Source: Setoptus koraiensis
Taxonomy: Eukaryota; Animalia; Arthropoda
DNA: 64,000 nucleotides
Assembly: GCA_048013815.1 (NCBI GenBank)
Contig: CM106586.1
Location: 17,670,001-17,734,000 of the forward strand
Direction of reading: 5' to 3'
Of the stretch, positions 37,695-50,800 are shown in pieces. How positions within the stretch are numbered: position 1 is the first letter of the stretch; every line of letters starts with the position of its first letter. Made by a program: the position numbers and the translations under genes. The notes under the pieces are model-generated. The model searched no databases, had not been told where the DNA came from, and was given only the letters and a program-made list of their open reading frames with translations.

Positions 37695-38328
37695 GTATAG
37701 GAAGTTGCTTTTCACGACTTTTCAGAGTTACTATTACGACATGTGAGTGTCGTCACTAGGATTTTTAATCATTGACAACGTAATAGTAAAATATTGTGTG
37801 TTCACTTAGGAATTGTTAGATGTATTCGCACTGTTTTCCATTAATTTAATAATTGAAGTGTTTCAGCCGCCATTGGTTGATAGATGAGTTCAATCTTCCA
37901 ATGATGATGTTGTTCTTCGCGAAATCTCAATTATAGCTTGCAATATTCTTTTATCGTGTTACTGAGTAAAAATAAATAGTAGACGTATAAATACTTAACT
38001 TGATAGTGGTTTTATATACTTAACAATTAGATAACTAACCTTTAGTTATTTAACAGCGTTACGCATATCGTTTCTTTTCTTCTTCTTCTTCTTCTTCATG
38101 CTTGTGATTGCATATTATAACTTGCTTGTGTATCTTCAACAATTCTAGGATTCAACAATTATAATTTCTTCAAAAATATATGTGCTTGCATATGTATAGA
38201 TACGATTAAGTATCTTGGCATGTCTTTATATATTTATATATATATAGAGGTATTCAGCTCATTAATATCAACAAAATGTAATCTCCGTTCGTTTGTGAGT
38301 ATTCTAATCTATCCGACAAGATTGACCC

Positions 38329-39431
38329 TCAAGAAACTTTGATGTTCTTAGTAAAGTATCTGGCTTTAAGATGATATATTGCATCTTTGGCATTATTTAA
38401 AACATTGTATTGTTTAATTGCATCCAAAGGGTTTTCAAACTCATTAGGTACCATACCGCCAACGTTTGACTCAAAAAAGTAGAACAACGGGAACCATATC
38501 CTGGTGCGATCACGATTCCTATGGGCTGTCTGATTGTTTTGATTATTAGCTAACGTATGATAATATAGGAAGAGCCTGGTCGATATGTAAAAGGCTATGA
38601 AGACATCAATCGAATAGTGCTCATGTGCAGCTAATATGAAGAAAACTCCAAATAAATTTATCACCCAGGTAACAGTGTGCATTATGTGGACGAAATAGGA
38701 ATTACCGGACGTGTATTCTGTGATGAAGAAATTGAGTAATGTTAGTGTAACAGTATGACCACTGAACATATAATCACCGCATGTTCTTACTCCTTTGATT
38801 GACATTCCAACACCGCGCCATATCATAAATGCCTGATAAAGACGCTCCAACCAAGTTCCATATGGCCTAGCGGTGCATTCAAGATGGCGCCCAGGTACGG
38901 ATAATGATGTGATTAATATTGTAACACAGCGCAATAAAAACACAGAACCAAATAATGAGAATAGTCGTCTCAATATAATGAATCTGTATTTGTGGAAGAC
39001 TAATACTAAACTGAACATTATAAATAATATCATGCCACAGTATTCGCACATGGCAAACGCCCACGGTATAAATGGTACATTATCTAGTACAATATCGGGA
39101 AGTGGTGGGAATACGAGCATATCGGGAACACGGTCGTGCACGATAACCATAACAATAGCTGTAATCCAGGTACTGAATAGAAAATACATCATAGCCACGA
39201 GAGTTTTCCATGGTTCCGAGTTGACAGTATTGGTGTTTCGCCTCCGTCGGCTTCGCTTCTTGCTTGTTGCTGGCTGTGACGGCATGTAAGTGATGCGACT
39301 TAGTTTGAGAAGGTCACTTGGGAAGTCTATAGAGGCGCTACTGTTATTAATGTTGTTGAGGATCAGACTGGCGCTTGACGATGGAGGCGGCGGCGGCGGC
39401 GACGTTGGCGGCGAGTTCTCTCGGCACAACA
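38329..39431 (-). CDS. SAMD8: Sphingomyelin synthase-related protein / CPE synthase (SMSr, SAMD8-like); main coding exon
   Basis: [21 protein letters not shown] and [10 protein letters not shown]...[11 protein letters not shown] motifs; acceptor cccccgtcAG at 39432 with an in-frame TAG upstream, so the GTG start in the track is an artefact. Confidence 0.92.
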
Positions 39432-39963
39432 CTGACGGGGGCTAGATAATCGCTGGCGATGAGACTATTACATTCAATAATGATGGCGTAGATATTCGTG
39501 TGTGTGTATGTGTATATATAGACGATCTTGACCCTTTGATTTCCTAGTCGGAGATAAAGAGATATGCACCCACATTAATTGATGTCAGGTGATACTGCTT
39601 GTGCGCCTGTTGTTTGACGCATAAAATTCGGCGGTGTGCTAGTGTGTGCCGCAGCGCAACTCTGGGGTGTCCAAAGCCAGTGCGTAACATCCAGGGCAGC
39701 GTGTGCGGCGCAAAAGCACACGGCGTACAGCTGGAGCAGGTGTGCCGCTAGCTCTGCCTTTGGTGTGCGGGGCGCAGTGTGCGCCGAGCCGGTGCAGCGT
39801 GACGTGCGCCGGCTGAGCTCAAGAACGAACTGTGCCCCAACAGGCTCCGCAATGCACCGCAGAAAATGCGGTGCAAAAGCCCAAATAGCCCGCTGTGGCG
39901 TAACCAGTGGAGGCGGCATAAAAATGAGAGCTCTCGGGCGAGTGTGTGCATTCCTGCGTATAT

Positions 39964-40003
<40 letters not shown>

Positions 40004-42609
40004 GTGTGTGTGCTTGTTTGCTTTGCAAGTTGGGCAACAGAGTCTGTTGAACAGAGGAGAGACGCACACACTCGCTCATTGGCACTACACAGCCCACAGG
40101 CATTGTGTGACGAAAACAACAATAGTTTACAGAAAAAAATAATGATCTTACCATCAGGGGGCGCTTAAAGGTTAAATGGCAGCCTGATGTCTATGTCAAG
40201 CTTGCTCTTCTAGTAAATAACGTCATACAAACACTGTAATACTGATCAGATTGTCAGTACATAAAGGTTTACAGAAGGTTCATGTAAGCGATTGAGTTTT
40301 CTCCGTTGGTGATTATCCAATCCCGAGCGATTCTCTATCATGTTACGTATGGCGTGTACATGTAGTTTTGTGTAAACTTTGATATACCAGACGCAACAGC
40401 GACAAGGACGCGCGATTTGCTGTTCCATGTTGGCACAGGATTCCCGACAGGAACGAAGCCGATGTGAAACTGTCGAGCCGCACTGTTCGGCAAGGAATGG
40501 GCGTGCAGGGTTTTTGAACGCGGAGTCGGCGTTTTGTGGGATTTTGCGCGTGACTCGGGTAAAATATAAACCGTCAGTTATATTTCACAGGTGGATTGTG
40601 TGGATGAGTTGTTATTATGGTTCTAATCTAAACTCCGCCGGTTCATTAATCAATTATGCGCAGAGATGATGTTATATTTTTGATATTGTTGTTTCTTCTT
40701 TCAATGTATCACTTCGACGCATGGACCATTTCGCGAAACTGAACAAGCGTTTAGTTTGCGCTGAAGATGGGACCATACCGGCGTATCGAAAGCCTGCCTG
40801 CTGAAAACTCGGCTCGGACTAACCGTGGACAGCGATTCGACGGATAGTGATGCAATTATACGCACAGTGCGTAGTATCAGTGACAAACGGATATCTCACT
40901 AGAATTACATAGGACATTTCGGGAATTTCGCTTGAATTATAATCGATGTAGTTGGCGCCCGTCCGGCTCGATTTCGCAGTCAAAGTTGCTCGGGTGTGCG
41001 GATCGCAAGTGGGTGTGTACGAGAGCGGGCCGCTACGGCACGACCGAACACGATGCACAAAATGCACGCACGAAAGCGGCGATATTGTATACCCGATGTG
41101 CACTGGCGCGACTAACAACGGCTCGTAAGGATTATGGCATCGCCATGTAGGTGCAACCAATAAATCTGTTGTAGCCTCACGTTTATATTATCCACATAAA
41201 CAAACGGATGTTTCACGTACTTGACGACCGGCGGACCCACGCACAATTTTGCTATCCAGACAAAGGAATCCATCAAGATTCACAACAAGACTACGAGCAG
41301 CACTATTTTTACTCGTTTGCCCCGTCAATCTCTTCATCCTAGGAAGCCTTTGGTCATCTCAGCCGAGCTCCAGCCTTGACAACATATGTCTATTTTGGCC
41401 TCTTGCTAAAAAGTTATTGTTATCTATTATTTATTTAATAATAACTTTGTTATTTGTTGTTGATCACTAATCCCATCCATGGATTGCGCGCACCGTTAAT
41501 GCAAATGATAACAATAGTCAATATTTGCCATCTCACCAAAATTTCTACACGCCATCACTGATACATTTACTGTGCCTGACACGCAATCCAACACTGCAAT
41601 TATTTAATCTAATCTAAGCTAAAACATTACAGCTCACACCGACAGTAACTCGGCAAACAAACGAGTCACCATAAGCCAGAATCTATTAAGGCCGAACGCG
41701 AATAAACTCCATCTTTCACTATTGACCTTATGACATATAAACACGCTGATGAATAGAGAGGGACATAGAGACACCATTGCCGATGCAGCTGAATATAAAC
41801 GCCGATAGCAGATTATTATATTTGGCAAGTTCAATCGAATGTTGATATTAGCTTGGTGCTGATATCGCCTAGCGAAAGTAACGACAGAAACAATCACTGA
41901 AGATTCATTACGCTTAATGTAATTGCATGGAAAGTTTACTTTCATCCCATCTAATAACACGCAGGCCTGCATACACACACAAACACAATATAATATTGTT
42001 CAGGTGGTAACTGAGGAGTGTCATTTATTTCACATCGATCATATCAGCTAATCGCTACTAGATGATTATATGAAACGAATCAATAAAACAGCAACAACCG
42101 TAATCATCCATTGATCCTGATACCGATAGGGAAATATTAAATACACACTGCACCACAACAATTATTCCAGTCAACCACTGCTGCTTTTTCTGCCGCCTGA
42201 TGCCACTAGCTTCTCAAAGTAGAGTTGTTTACGGGCGTTGCAACATTGAATCTCCTTCTAAAACACATACTCATTTGTTCATATCTCCTCTCCTTCACTC
42301 TCGTCTAATCAGTGGGCTGTATTACTATCATCAGGAGCCTGTCTATCGCAGCAAATAGTTGCTGCTACTCCGTTGTCCCGGTCGAAGTTGTTCATTGCAT
42401 TCGCACCCTTTAAACTCTTTTCGCTTGAGTCTATTGGATTATTTAGAACGCATCGAAGGCGTTTATAGATTAACAGAGGGACAACAAGGCTTCACCGAGG
42501 ATTTGCAATCCACTCGCAAACTTATCGAGGCATTTTTCTTTATTTCAACATTACTAACTATTCGAATTGGTTGAATTGATCTCGATAAATTAATATGATC
42601 TTTGATGTT

Positions 42610-42989
42610 TTTTCTATTAGTGCCAAGTCATCATTGAGGTGGTCGGACTTGACTTTCAGTTTGTTTTAAGTTCTTGAACCGACGAAGAGACTTGCAGAAG
42701 ACTGTAAAAGAGATAACAGCACCAACAATATAAACGACACAAGCGATCTTCGTAGCGAGTTGTCAATCCATTCAGCATACACTTCAAAAAGTTTAAAGAT
42801 CTATGTTCGTAACCTCCCCACGATCTAATAAACTTGATAGCATTGTTTGTCGATTGGGCAACCTCAAGCTTGCTGGGGTTTCTCATTGTGACCCTATCCA
42901 CTGGATTCATCATTCAAATTGTTCTAAAAAGGGCAAGAAAGTATCAAGAGTTCTGTGAGCGAATCAACAAGTTGCCAGGTCCGCCAGCC
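42610..42989 (+). pseudogene. 380-bp duplicate of the CYP4 upstream region + first 52 codons (copy of 35487-35866), start codon lost
   Basis: About 13 substitutions in 380 bp by manual count; ATG->TTG at 42834; homology stops abruptly after LPGPPA. Confidence 0.95.
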
Positions 42990-42992
42990 TTC

Positions 42993-43506
42993 CTAATAAA
43001 AAGTAGTGCTTCGCTATCGACTTCGAGATGAGACTGAGTAGGCTGAGCATCTCTTCTATATTGTTTTGTTTCGACCCAACAATATACGTACATCCGTCGG
43101 GTTCCTTGTGAAGCATTGGTGGGTAGTTTGTCTAGAATTCGTCAATCATCTCTCGTCTATTTTTATCACCAGCCCAAGAGTGTGCTATATAATTCATAGA
43201 TATCTGGTATTCACTTCTTTAATGTCATCGATGGAGTTAGAGCGAGCATATTTTGAGGTGATTATGCATGCTATCGGATTCATGTCGGTGGCAAAAGAGA
43301 CCCCTTTGACAGCATTGTACAACGCTGTCATTGTCGCCCCTGATCCTGAGCCACATTCCACAAATATTTTCATACCATGCCTGAGGATATCTGAATCTTT
43401 CTCCACGACGGCTAACAACAGGAAAGAGTCTTCTGCCGCCTCATAAACATCTTCTAAGTCCTCTCCGAAAATACTTTTATTGGATATTTCAAAGGTTGCT
43501 AGCCAT
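42993..43506 (-). pseudogene. N6AMT1: Decayed N6AMT1/HemK2 (eRF1 glutamine methyltransferase) copy
   Basis: DVYEAAEDSFLLL, FVECGSGSG and ATDMNPIAC motifs; after a frameshift near 43190 continues AHSWAGDKNRREMIDEF*...TYIVGSKQNNIEKML (cf. AAWAGGRNGREVMDRF...FYLVTIKENNPEEIL); NPPY segment absent; stop at 43132-43134; ATG at 43506 out of frame. Confidence 0.8.
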
Positions 43507-45764
43507 ATTTTTTTGGAAAAGAGAAATGAATGTTTCACTGCGAGAATCTGCCCATGTGTGATCAAACGAATATATAGGTGATGTCTCTCTAGCCTACACA
43601 AGTCTCTCGTGAGAAATATTTCGGCGGGCGGCCTCCAAAAATTTTGTTTTGACGCTAGAGGACGCTTTCGGCCAAACCGGCGTCTTGTTCCACGAACAGC
43701 TAGCTCCTCGAGCTTGATATTGCAATGTCGGGTGAGTTTAATGGACTACGCCAGGTTCAGCAACGAACCAAGAGGGCGGCGCTTTCTTGTATCATATAGT
43801 GCAAGACAGTTGCACTTAATTTTGTTTGTATACCTGTATTTGCTACATTCTAGTGAACGTTAACCAACGAGCTCCGTCGAGCGTAAATCAATCGAACTAA
43901 AATTGATAGCATTCGAGTAAACACCCTTGTATCGTATGTGCAGTGTTGAAATACCCTCTTGCAGCGAAATTCTTCTGAACCAAGTGTCGGTACTTCGGAA
44001 AAAACGAACACTATTCTCAAGAGCTACCTCTTCGCATTACAATTTCCATTGAGCGCCTCTTCTCACCTGGTTGCGCACCCTCGCAATCCCACGCAAGGCA
44101 AACACGTGATTTTACCTGGCACTCTCATAAACCAATTCTGTATATTGTAAAGATTTATGCCGCCTTTAGAGACCACGGCTGAAATTTGTTTAATGAGTAG
44201 GAGGATATAGCAATGCCACAAAGCAATGTGCATGTCGGACAGGGACAGTCTCTGTGGATTTTGTGCAACCAAAAAGTGTCATGTGAAGAACGGCTGGCTT
44301 TCGCCCGCGCAAACAATTACACGCTCCCCTTTCTGGCCTAATCTTAGTTATGCATAGTGCGTATCCACTATACCATCATAGGTTTATCGTAGGAGATTTC
44401 ACTGTCTATATTATATTGTTGCCCTATACTCGCAAACGACAAAAGCTTTGCTATGAGATACATGAGTGACAAGCGGATTTCACTAGGTGCCCCGTGTTTA
44501 GTATGTTTGCAATGACAAAACAAGCTCTTTTGCTGGTTGAACGGTTGCGTTTATATAGACGTTCCTGGTGCCATTTAACAGGGGCGCTTCACTCTCATGG
44601 ACAGACGTGTATTTACCTAAACGACAAGTGGTGCCCACCTGAGTACAGTAATATATAAAGCGGACTTATAATAAAAAATGACGATGCGCATGCAGATTAT
44701 TTTGGGCAAACAAAATGGTGTGCATTAGGAGAAAATTGGGCGAACAGAATGGAAAACAAAGGAAATTCAAAGAGTTATATGCAAGGTCTGGTCAATGCAG
44801 CGGCCTGATGATGGTCCGGTAATATTTGAAAAAGGTTTCGTTATCAACACCGATCAATCTTGATGTGCCGCTACTGGCGCACTGAAGGAAAGTTTGTGGC
44901 CTCTTTTTCTATTATTATATGTGGCGCTTATCAGAGAATAGGTAAAATGGAGCGAAAGGCGCGCCATGTTGATATTCATTTGTTTGTCCAGAGTTGAGTA
45001 GATATGTATATGAGGTAATAAATCAATTTATAATGTTAGATTGATCGTCGTAACAATCTATAGGTAGCATAAAGCGCGAGCACGTGAGTGTGTGCGTCTT
45101 ATTAAAGGATGCTCATCCGCCAAGACCGTTCTTTGTAATCTTTGTAATGTGTATTCAGTGGTAGTATAATACTGGCTGTATCTCACTGTCAGTATCATTA
45201 TCATAGACACTAGCTTTAGTATTACTACTAGCAGCATTGTTAACTATCGTTATGATGCTCTCTGGCTAAGCTATGCAACTATGCAGCCACCGACAGTGTT
45301 ATCCTTCTTAGAGGCTTGCGCCTGAAAACTGACCACTACCACTCAGATTGGGACCGCTGGCTAGACACGGTCGGCTAACCAATACGTCTATCGTTGGCTG
45401 TGCGTGTCAATTAGTTGTGTTCATTTTAGTGAAGCTAAGTAATCACACTTGGTTCTGTGTGAGTGTGTGTGTACACTAGAGTATTTCCAACACACAAAGT
45501 TGATTTGATACTATGTCCTATCTAGTGGTATGACTAGAAACTGCCAACTCGGCAATGCTGAATGTGCGTCTGTTCTGTGGTAAAGACATATAAAAGAGTT
45601 TATGATTGTTGTGTATTCGACCCGACCGACTATATGCCGCTAACATTGGTGCGGCGTTGGTGGCAGCGGCGTTGGTGGCAGCGGCAGTTGCAGCGGCGGC
45701 GGCGCATAGCGGCACACCGGAGTAAGGTGCCGTGTAAACTCTCGAGAATCGCGACTAGTCGCGT

Positions 45765-45921
<157 letters not shown>

Positions 45922-47856
45922 CCCACACATATAAATGGTCGCTATGTGCAAGAGGCAAAGAACGCCTCTCCAGAGACAAGACGAAGGCTTCTCGTTGCAT
46001 GAATGCGCCCATGACTCTATGTACACCTTGCTACACAAACAGAGATCGACCTTGTTCTTTAGTATACACTAACACCGCTATGGTGCCAACAACAGAAACA
46101 GCAATAGCAGTAACAGCAGTAGTAGCAACAGCAGCAACAACAGCAGCAGCATCACCAGCAGCGCCCATAGCAGCAGCTCATACAACAACGGCGACAACGA
46201 CAACAACAACAACGGTTTGGCTAGGATTGTTTAATTCTGCCTAGGCTGCAGCCCCTATGTGAATGGTGTGGGAGCATCGTTTTTTTACTTATTTAGTGTT
46301 GATTTTCTATTCTGCACATAAATTCATCATGTATTATTAGATGCAATAGCTAGGAGGGAACCCACCAGACCTTTATTAAATGTGCACACACCCACACACA
46401 CACACACAAAGATCTTTGTAGAAACATATATATATATTCGCAAACAGTGTACGTTCATATATATAATTAAATATATATATATAAAGAATATATACAAAAT
46501 CAAATAATACATGTAGCATGCACGTATCCGCGTATAGTTTTGGATATAGTGACATAATGAACGATAGCAGAACAGATATATACTACAACAATTATTCGCT
46601 CGAGTTTTGCCTTCGCTTCTGTCGCTTGTCATCACCATCATCATCTCGCACTAATAAACATCAGCACGAAGAGAACAAAACAAAGACCAGTTCATCAATC
46701 AATAATACATATTATCCTAACCAACCAAAATAATACTTTCACAAAACAAAATCTCAAATGATACTACAACCATTCTAGTGTAACAGCGACACTATCAAGC
46801 TCAATGTTATGTGTGTCCAAAAATAGTATTTTATTCATTAAGATGAAGCTAGCGACGAGCCAATAAACAGGAGCAAAAATTTTTAGTAGAAAGAAATTAC
46901 GCACAAAATGTTATCCACACACACAAATTCTCTATGTGATACTCTCCACCTAACATTAATAGCAATGAATAATAGCAATAACAACTATTAGCTAGCCAAT
47001 AATAATACTTGCTACTTGCGCATATTCCACAAATGTGTGCATCGACTAGAGTCGGGTATATAAAATATTAATATTAATTACTGTCGTGATTGTCATCAAT
47101 CAACAACAATGAGCATGGCCGCAGTCTGATTGGTATAGCTCAATTTGCCGCCAACGCATTATTGTTACGTGATGGATGTTGCATCTTAGGTGGTGAGTTA
47201 GCGCGCTCAATAATACAATATTGTTATTAAATATTATTATACACTCAAACACACATACATATATATATACATAATTAGTATACCAAGCTAGCCAGTTTGG
47301 CCCCATTAGCAACGGAGTTCTCCAAAAATCGCACACAAGAGTCAATGTGGAACAACAACAACAACAGGAAAATAGAAACAATGAAAGTGAATCAATTGCA
47401 AGGGCATATAAATAGTAGCCATTCGAACAATGGATCCGATAATAATGTTGTAACAATTGCCAGTGAATAACATATAGTAATAATATCGGCAAATAAACAC
47501 ATGTAAACCAATACAACTTGTATAATACAAGTGTGCGTGTGTGTGTGTGTGTGCGTTACAACAAAAAGAGGCTAGAAGCGTGCATCGACAAACTAAATAC
47601 AACCTATAGACCATTGTAATGTGCACAACGGTGTGCGTATATTTGTGATTGCTGGCCCCCCTACCTCATTAGGTGCTGTACCTCAGAAATAAGTTTGATA
47701 CAGCTTGATTAGGTTGAACCGCAAGAAGTGTCTGTGCGTACGAGTTTATGTGTGTGCTAGTGCGTGTTTGAGTGTGTGAGTGAGTGTGTGTGTGCGTGTG
47801 TGTGTGTGTGTGTGTGTGCGTGTGTGTGTACCTAGAGTACAATAGCAGGCACACAG

Positions 47857-50800
47857 ATGCCGAGGTACACAGCCACTCATTATGGGCGCGAATCGAATAC
47901 CCATGTCACGCCCAGCGCCTCAACACCAAATCATCAGGCAGGCAAAGAGTTAATAGTTCGCCTATTGGCCGAGGTATTTCATGTGTCTTCTCGGGCGGGT
48001 CAAGTAAAATGGCAACAAGTATCGAATTCGCTCATACCCATAAGCGTTTATTCTAGAACACCGCGAGCTTGGCTCAGCCATTGGTTGCAGATAATATATC
48101 CATCGTCGTCGTCATATCAACTTAATAGTAATGGCAACCAATTTAATAGTAACACAAATAAACGTGTCAATTCTAGAGATATTATGATATTCCAAATAGT
48201 TGCCCATCAGCCCGCAACGAGCCAAAAATCAACAGCCACGACAAAGTGTCAACAGCATCAGCAGCAGCAATTAGTATCATCCTATACTAATACCAACAAT
48301 AGTAATAATGGAATGGCCAATAATAATTATTTTCGACTGTTAGACGTCAAAATGGTGCAACCTGGAACTAGACTGGGCCAGGCAAGCGAATATTTTATCT
48401 ATTGGAAAGACACATGCCTAGATGAAACATGGGGCCTGAATTTTAGTTCCACTCAGGACGCAAGACAATTTTATGATATCTGTACGCTCAATTTAGTCAA
48501 TTTAAATCCAAATCTAGATTCACAATTCTTCAAGAACATCATCCTCTATCAGCAGCAACAGCAGCAGCAGCAGCAACCCTTTGTGGCAAATTATAATTAT
48601 AATAATCATGATAACGAAAGCAATAATTTTATTATTAACAACCTCAATTCGGGATACAATAGTAATCATCTCAACAACAGTAGGACACGTAATGAAAGCA
48701 TCAACAATGATAAAGATAATAGATTGTTTGCTCAAGAAATGGAATGTACAACATTAAGCACTTATAGGAAAAAGCAACATGGTCAGCCACAACAACAACA
48801 ACAAATATGTAGAACACGCACTACACCCGTGGGTCAACAACTCCGACACAGTCAATCGTATCACGCTCTTTCACATAACCAACAACAACAACAACAACAC
48901 CAGCAGAGTCAACATCAGGCCAGCCACATTAATGGTCCTCAGCAGGGCTGTAGAAGTTACACTAATACTACTACTACTAGCAACGTGAAAACAATAGTCC
49001 CCAAAAAACAGCAACACCAACAGCGAGCTAGATTGCGCTCGCGCTCAGCTTCCCGTCATTCAAGCCAACAGACAAAATTTGAGCTAGATTCACAGGTTGA
49101 CCCCAATAATGGTCCCTCAAGGCTTGGAGTGGGCTCACAATCGATGCCGGTTTCGCCAGCTAGGTGCTACTCAACTAACCAACAACATCAGCACCAGTAT
49201 TCAGACAACGATCTTGAGGGCGACGCAGTCAGGCATCACCCACAATGCTCGTTGTTATTGAAGCACACAAATTGCACCAATAGAGTAGGCTATAGGCAAC
49301 AGCACCAACAACCGGTGCCGGTTCAAGTGAACAATAGTCAACATTCAACATTTCAAAATAACAACAGTAGTAGTAGTGCCCTTACTGCAAATGCTGCGAA
49401 TCGTAAAAAGCAATCAGTAAGCCCCATTGAGTCCACCGTTACACCAGCGAGATTTGCTATGGCGTCCGATGCCGAACAACCACAGTCAATTGGTCATCAG
49501 AGGTCAGCATTGAATGCGGAATTTCACCATCGCAACGACAACAACAGCAACCACAATAATAGTAGTAGTGGCAAAACAAATAATGCACCGCCGCCTATAC
49601 CAGCGCATCAGAGCTCTGTGACATCTTCACAATCGTTGCACAGTAAACGCGAAGGTCGTGTCCGTTACTTGGGTAATGTAAGCCATCATATGGTCCAACA
49701 ACAGACTAGTGCCTCTTCCAATCAATTAAATTCTGCAACTTCATTGAATAACACTGGCGTTGTCAACACCAACAAACAGCAAGCCAGCGGTAAGTGTTCG
49801 AAAGGCTTAATTTCAGACTATCAGACTAATACTTTGAATCTATATAAACAAGGTAGTAGCAGTAGCAGCTGTCCAATTCATCAAAAGCAACAATTAGAGA
49901 AGACATCACAACAAAATCACCAGAGAAGAAATAATAACTTTCATCATGCAATGCAGGAGCAAGTGCAACAACTATTGCCAAAATCGTCTCAAGTTATTTT
50001 TAATTGCAAATGTGCTTGTGAAAACCAAATATTGACAAATGCTCATAGTTCAGTGAAACTTAATCTACAAAAACAACAGTTACTTGGCCATGACGGCGGA
50101 TCAGATTCTGATCAACTCCAATTTCGTCAAAATTGGTTTAATCATGAAACTGGGGATCTATCCATCATGAACGATGAATCTTTACCTCCTCCTGTCAAGC
50201 CTAGATCTACGAGTGAACAAAGAGGCGCAAACGTATCTTCGACAACAGATCAAGAGATAAAACAAGACAATTCACGTCGATCACAAAAGAAATCAATGAT
50301 GCCCGTAGATAGTTCAATCTCATTTTCTAGCATGTCATCGCAAACTAACGCCAGAAATGCGCGCTTAGCCAGAGCTCAATATGCCCGCTCACGTAATCAA
50401 AATGAGTTTCGTAGTTTAGATGTTGGGGGCGTTCAGCCGAGTCAATCACAAATAGACCTGATAAATGAAAATCTGCGCCAGCATCATAAGCAGTTGAACA
50501 AGCAACAACACAAATCGAGAATGAGCAACGGTAAACAAGAGTTTAATACTCTTAATAGAGAATCCACTTTAGATTCGAAAGATAAACAACAGATTATAGC
50601 TAAAAGTAGAAGCACTGACGATATGCGCAATGTAGCTACAACAACTGATGATCTGCCCATAGATCCGCAAACTCTGAAGACGATGCTCATGTTAAGCTCA
50701 CAATCAACTGGACAAGATGTCGACTCGACAATTCAACGTGATTTTGAGAAACAGACAAATATTGAATCTAACAGACAAGCCTACGAGCAACAGATTAGAA

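Noticed and set aside
40420-41160. GC-richer coding-like stretch upstream of SMSr
   Set aside because: All frames are interrupted and no family motif is recognisable; possibly an old TE, but unsupported.
41250-41400. WSSAEM.. and DEEIDG fragments on the minus strand resembling a SAM domain for SMSr
   Set aside because: They are in different frames, interrupted by stops, and too short to distinguish from chance.
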